64,000 nucleotides of DNA from Candidatus Binataceae bacterium (GTDB lineage Bacteria; Desulfobacterota; Binatia; Binatales; Binataceae). The position numbers and the translations under genes are program-made. The notes below the pieces were generated by a model that ran no database searches, was not told the origin of the DNA, and saw only the letters and a program-made list of their open reading frames with translations. Location of the stretch: assembly GCA_035541875.1 (NCBI GenBank), contig DATKML010000025.1:149-64148 (forward strand), written 5' to 3'. Positions 62,710 to 64,000 of this stretch are shown in pieces (positions within the stretch are counted from its first letter, which is position 1; every line of letters starts with the position of its first letter).

Positions 62710-64000
62710 TTACTTGAGCGTGGCCGTCAGGGTTCCTGCCGGCGGATTACCGGTAACGTTGAACGGATCGCTCAACGTCGTCGAGAGCGCCGTACCGCTT
62801 GCCGTTCCTCCCGGAGGAGTGAATTGCGCCGTCACCGTGCACTTGGCGCCTGCGGTGCCCTTCGCCGTGAGCGTAGCACCGCTGCAGTTGTTGGTCACGA
62901 TCGTGAAGTTGGTCCGATCTAAGCCAGCGGTGCGCTCAGCTTGATACTCGCTCCTTTGCTCGTGTTGCTGATCGTGACCGTCTTGGCCGCACTGGTCGCC
63001 CCTGGTGCGGTTTTGGCGAAGCTTACCGTCGGTGGAGCGATCTTCGCCGTTGGTCCGATACCGATACCGGTCAGCGTTGCCGTTGCCGGATTTACAGCGT
63101 CGTAGGTGATCGAGAGGGTCTCGTTCACCGGACCCGGTACCGTCGGGGCGAAGGCTATCCCGATCGTACACTTGCTGGTGGGCTTGCCCTTAACGTCGAG
63201 GGTCTTGCCCGTACAGTTATCCGGCGAGACCACGAACGCACTCGGGTTGGCCCCGATCAGCGAGGCGGTCAGCTTCTGAATATGGGCCGGGACCAGGCTC
63301 TTGTTGGTCGCCGTGAACGTATGCACGGTGCTCGAGCTACCACATTGCCGAAATTGACGCTGGCTGGCCCGATTACGACGCTCGGCGTTGCCAACGGTGT
63401 CGCACTCCCGGTCGGTGTGGCCGTCGGTGTCGGCGTTAGGCCAAGGAACGTCGGGTTTGCCGTGGGCGTGTCGGTTGGTGTTTCCTTCGGAGTCTCTGTC
63501 GGCGTCATCGACGGCGTCGTGGTTGGTGTCGCCGCCGCGCCAGGGATTATATCCCACGCACCACGACCGAGGGTGCCAGCTAGTAAAATGCCGGAGGTGG
63601 GGTCGAAGCGAAGTCGCACAACACGAGCATTAGGAAGCCCGTATCCAGTTGGACCCAACTTCCAGTGCTACCCAAAACAGATTGATAGACGCCGTGATTC
63701 GTTCCCACGGCGATCGATCTTTGACCGCCGCTGACGACAAATTCGATCGAATCAAAGTGCGTTGGATTCGCAGCTGTGAGATTACCGGTGATGTCCAACC
63801 AGCCTCCCCCACTATTGAGGCTTATATGGACCCGGCCCGTGAGCAAGGTTGTAAATCGACGAATGGGAGAATCCGGTTGCAGTCATATATCCGGCCTTGA
63901 ATGAATCGGAGCGTCGCTCCTGGCCCTGATGGAAATCCGCGTGCTTTCGCCTCATCACTCGACTGGCCTCAAAGGGGCCGAGCTTCAATGCAGGTTTGGA
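62710..64000 (-). pseudogene. C-terminal part of a large secreted protein (BNR/beta-propeller end, TP linker, choice-of-anchor-D/ASH-like Ig domains), broken by several frameshifts
   Basis: Consecutive fragments in different frames: WLDITGNL..VGTNHGVY / GLPNA..LAGTLGRGAW..TPTxTP..VNFGNV / TFTATN..NC..CTIGIAFAP / NFTIVTNNC..CTVTAQFTP. Confidence 0.7.

Overview
High-GC, mostly housekeeping chromosomal segment. Gene order and content resemble Deltaproteobacteria sensu lato, possibly Candidatus Binatota (inference only). Core blocks: leuC-leuD-rluD-rho-rpsB-tsf-pyrH-frr-uppS-cdsA-rseP-tsaB-DUF465-ilvN-ilvC-psd-pssA-leuA-leuB-asd-like-truA-hup, then gyrB-gyrA, and an acyl-CoA carboxylase/methylmalonyl-CoA mutase cluster. 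No tRNA, rRNA, CRISPR array or intact transposase was seen. Signals the ORF track misses: (1) a decayed GIY-YIG nuclease gene bracketed by 45-bp inverted repeats that belong to a TGTCAT-tagged REP-like family with seven units in the window, a candidate nuclease-plus-REP mobile system; (2) a CxxU SelW/Rdx-type selenoprotein with a SECIS-like hairpin, with selA 22 kb away; (3) a Leu-rich leader peptide and attenuator before leuA; (4) a SnoaL-like gene split by one in-frame TAG; (5) a probable AUC start for rluD; (6) a multiply frameshifted large secreted-protein gene at the right edge. Several enzymes deviate from the family norm: a CADD-like oxidase, RibBX, a Usg-like Asd, RseP with a large insertion, a split DsbD, and an arginine decarboxylase with a Lys-Ser site. 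dxr and ilvB are missing from their usual clusters. Family calls come from motif recognition by eye; no database search was run.
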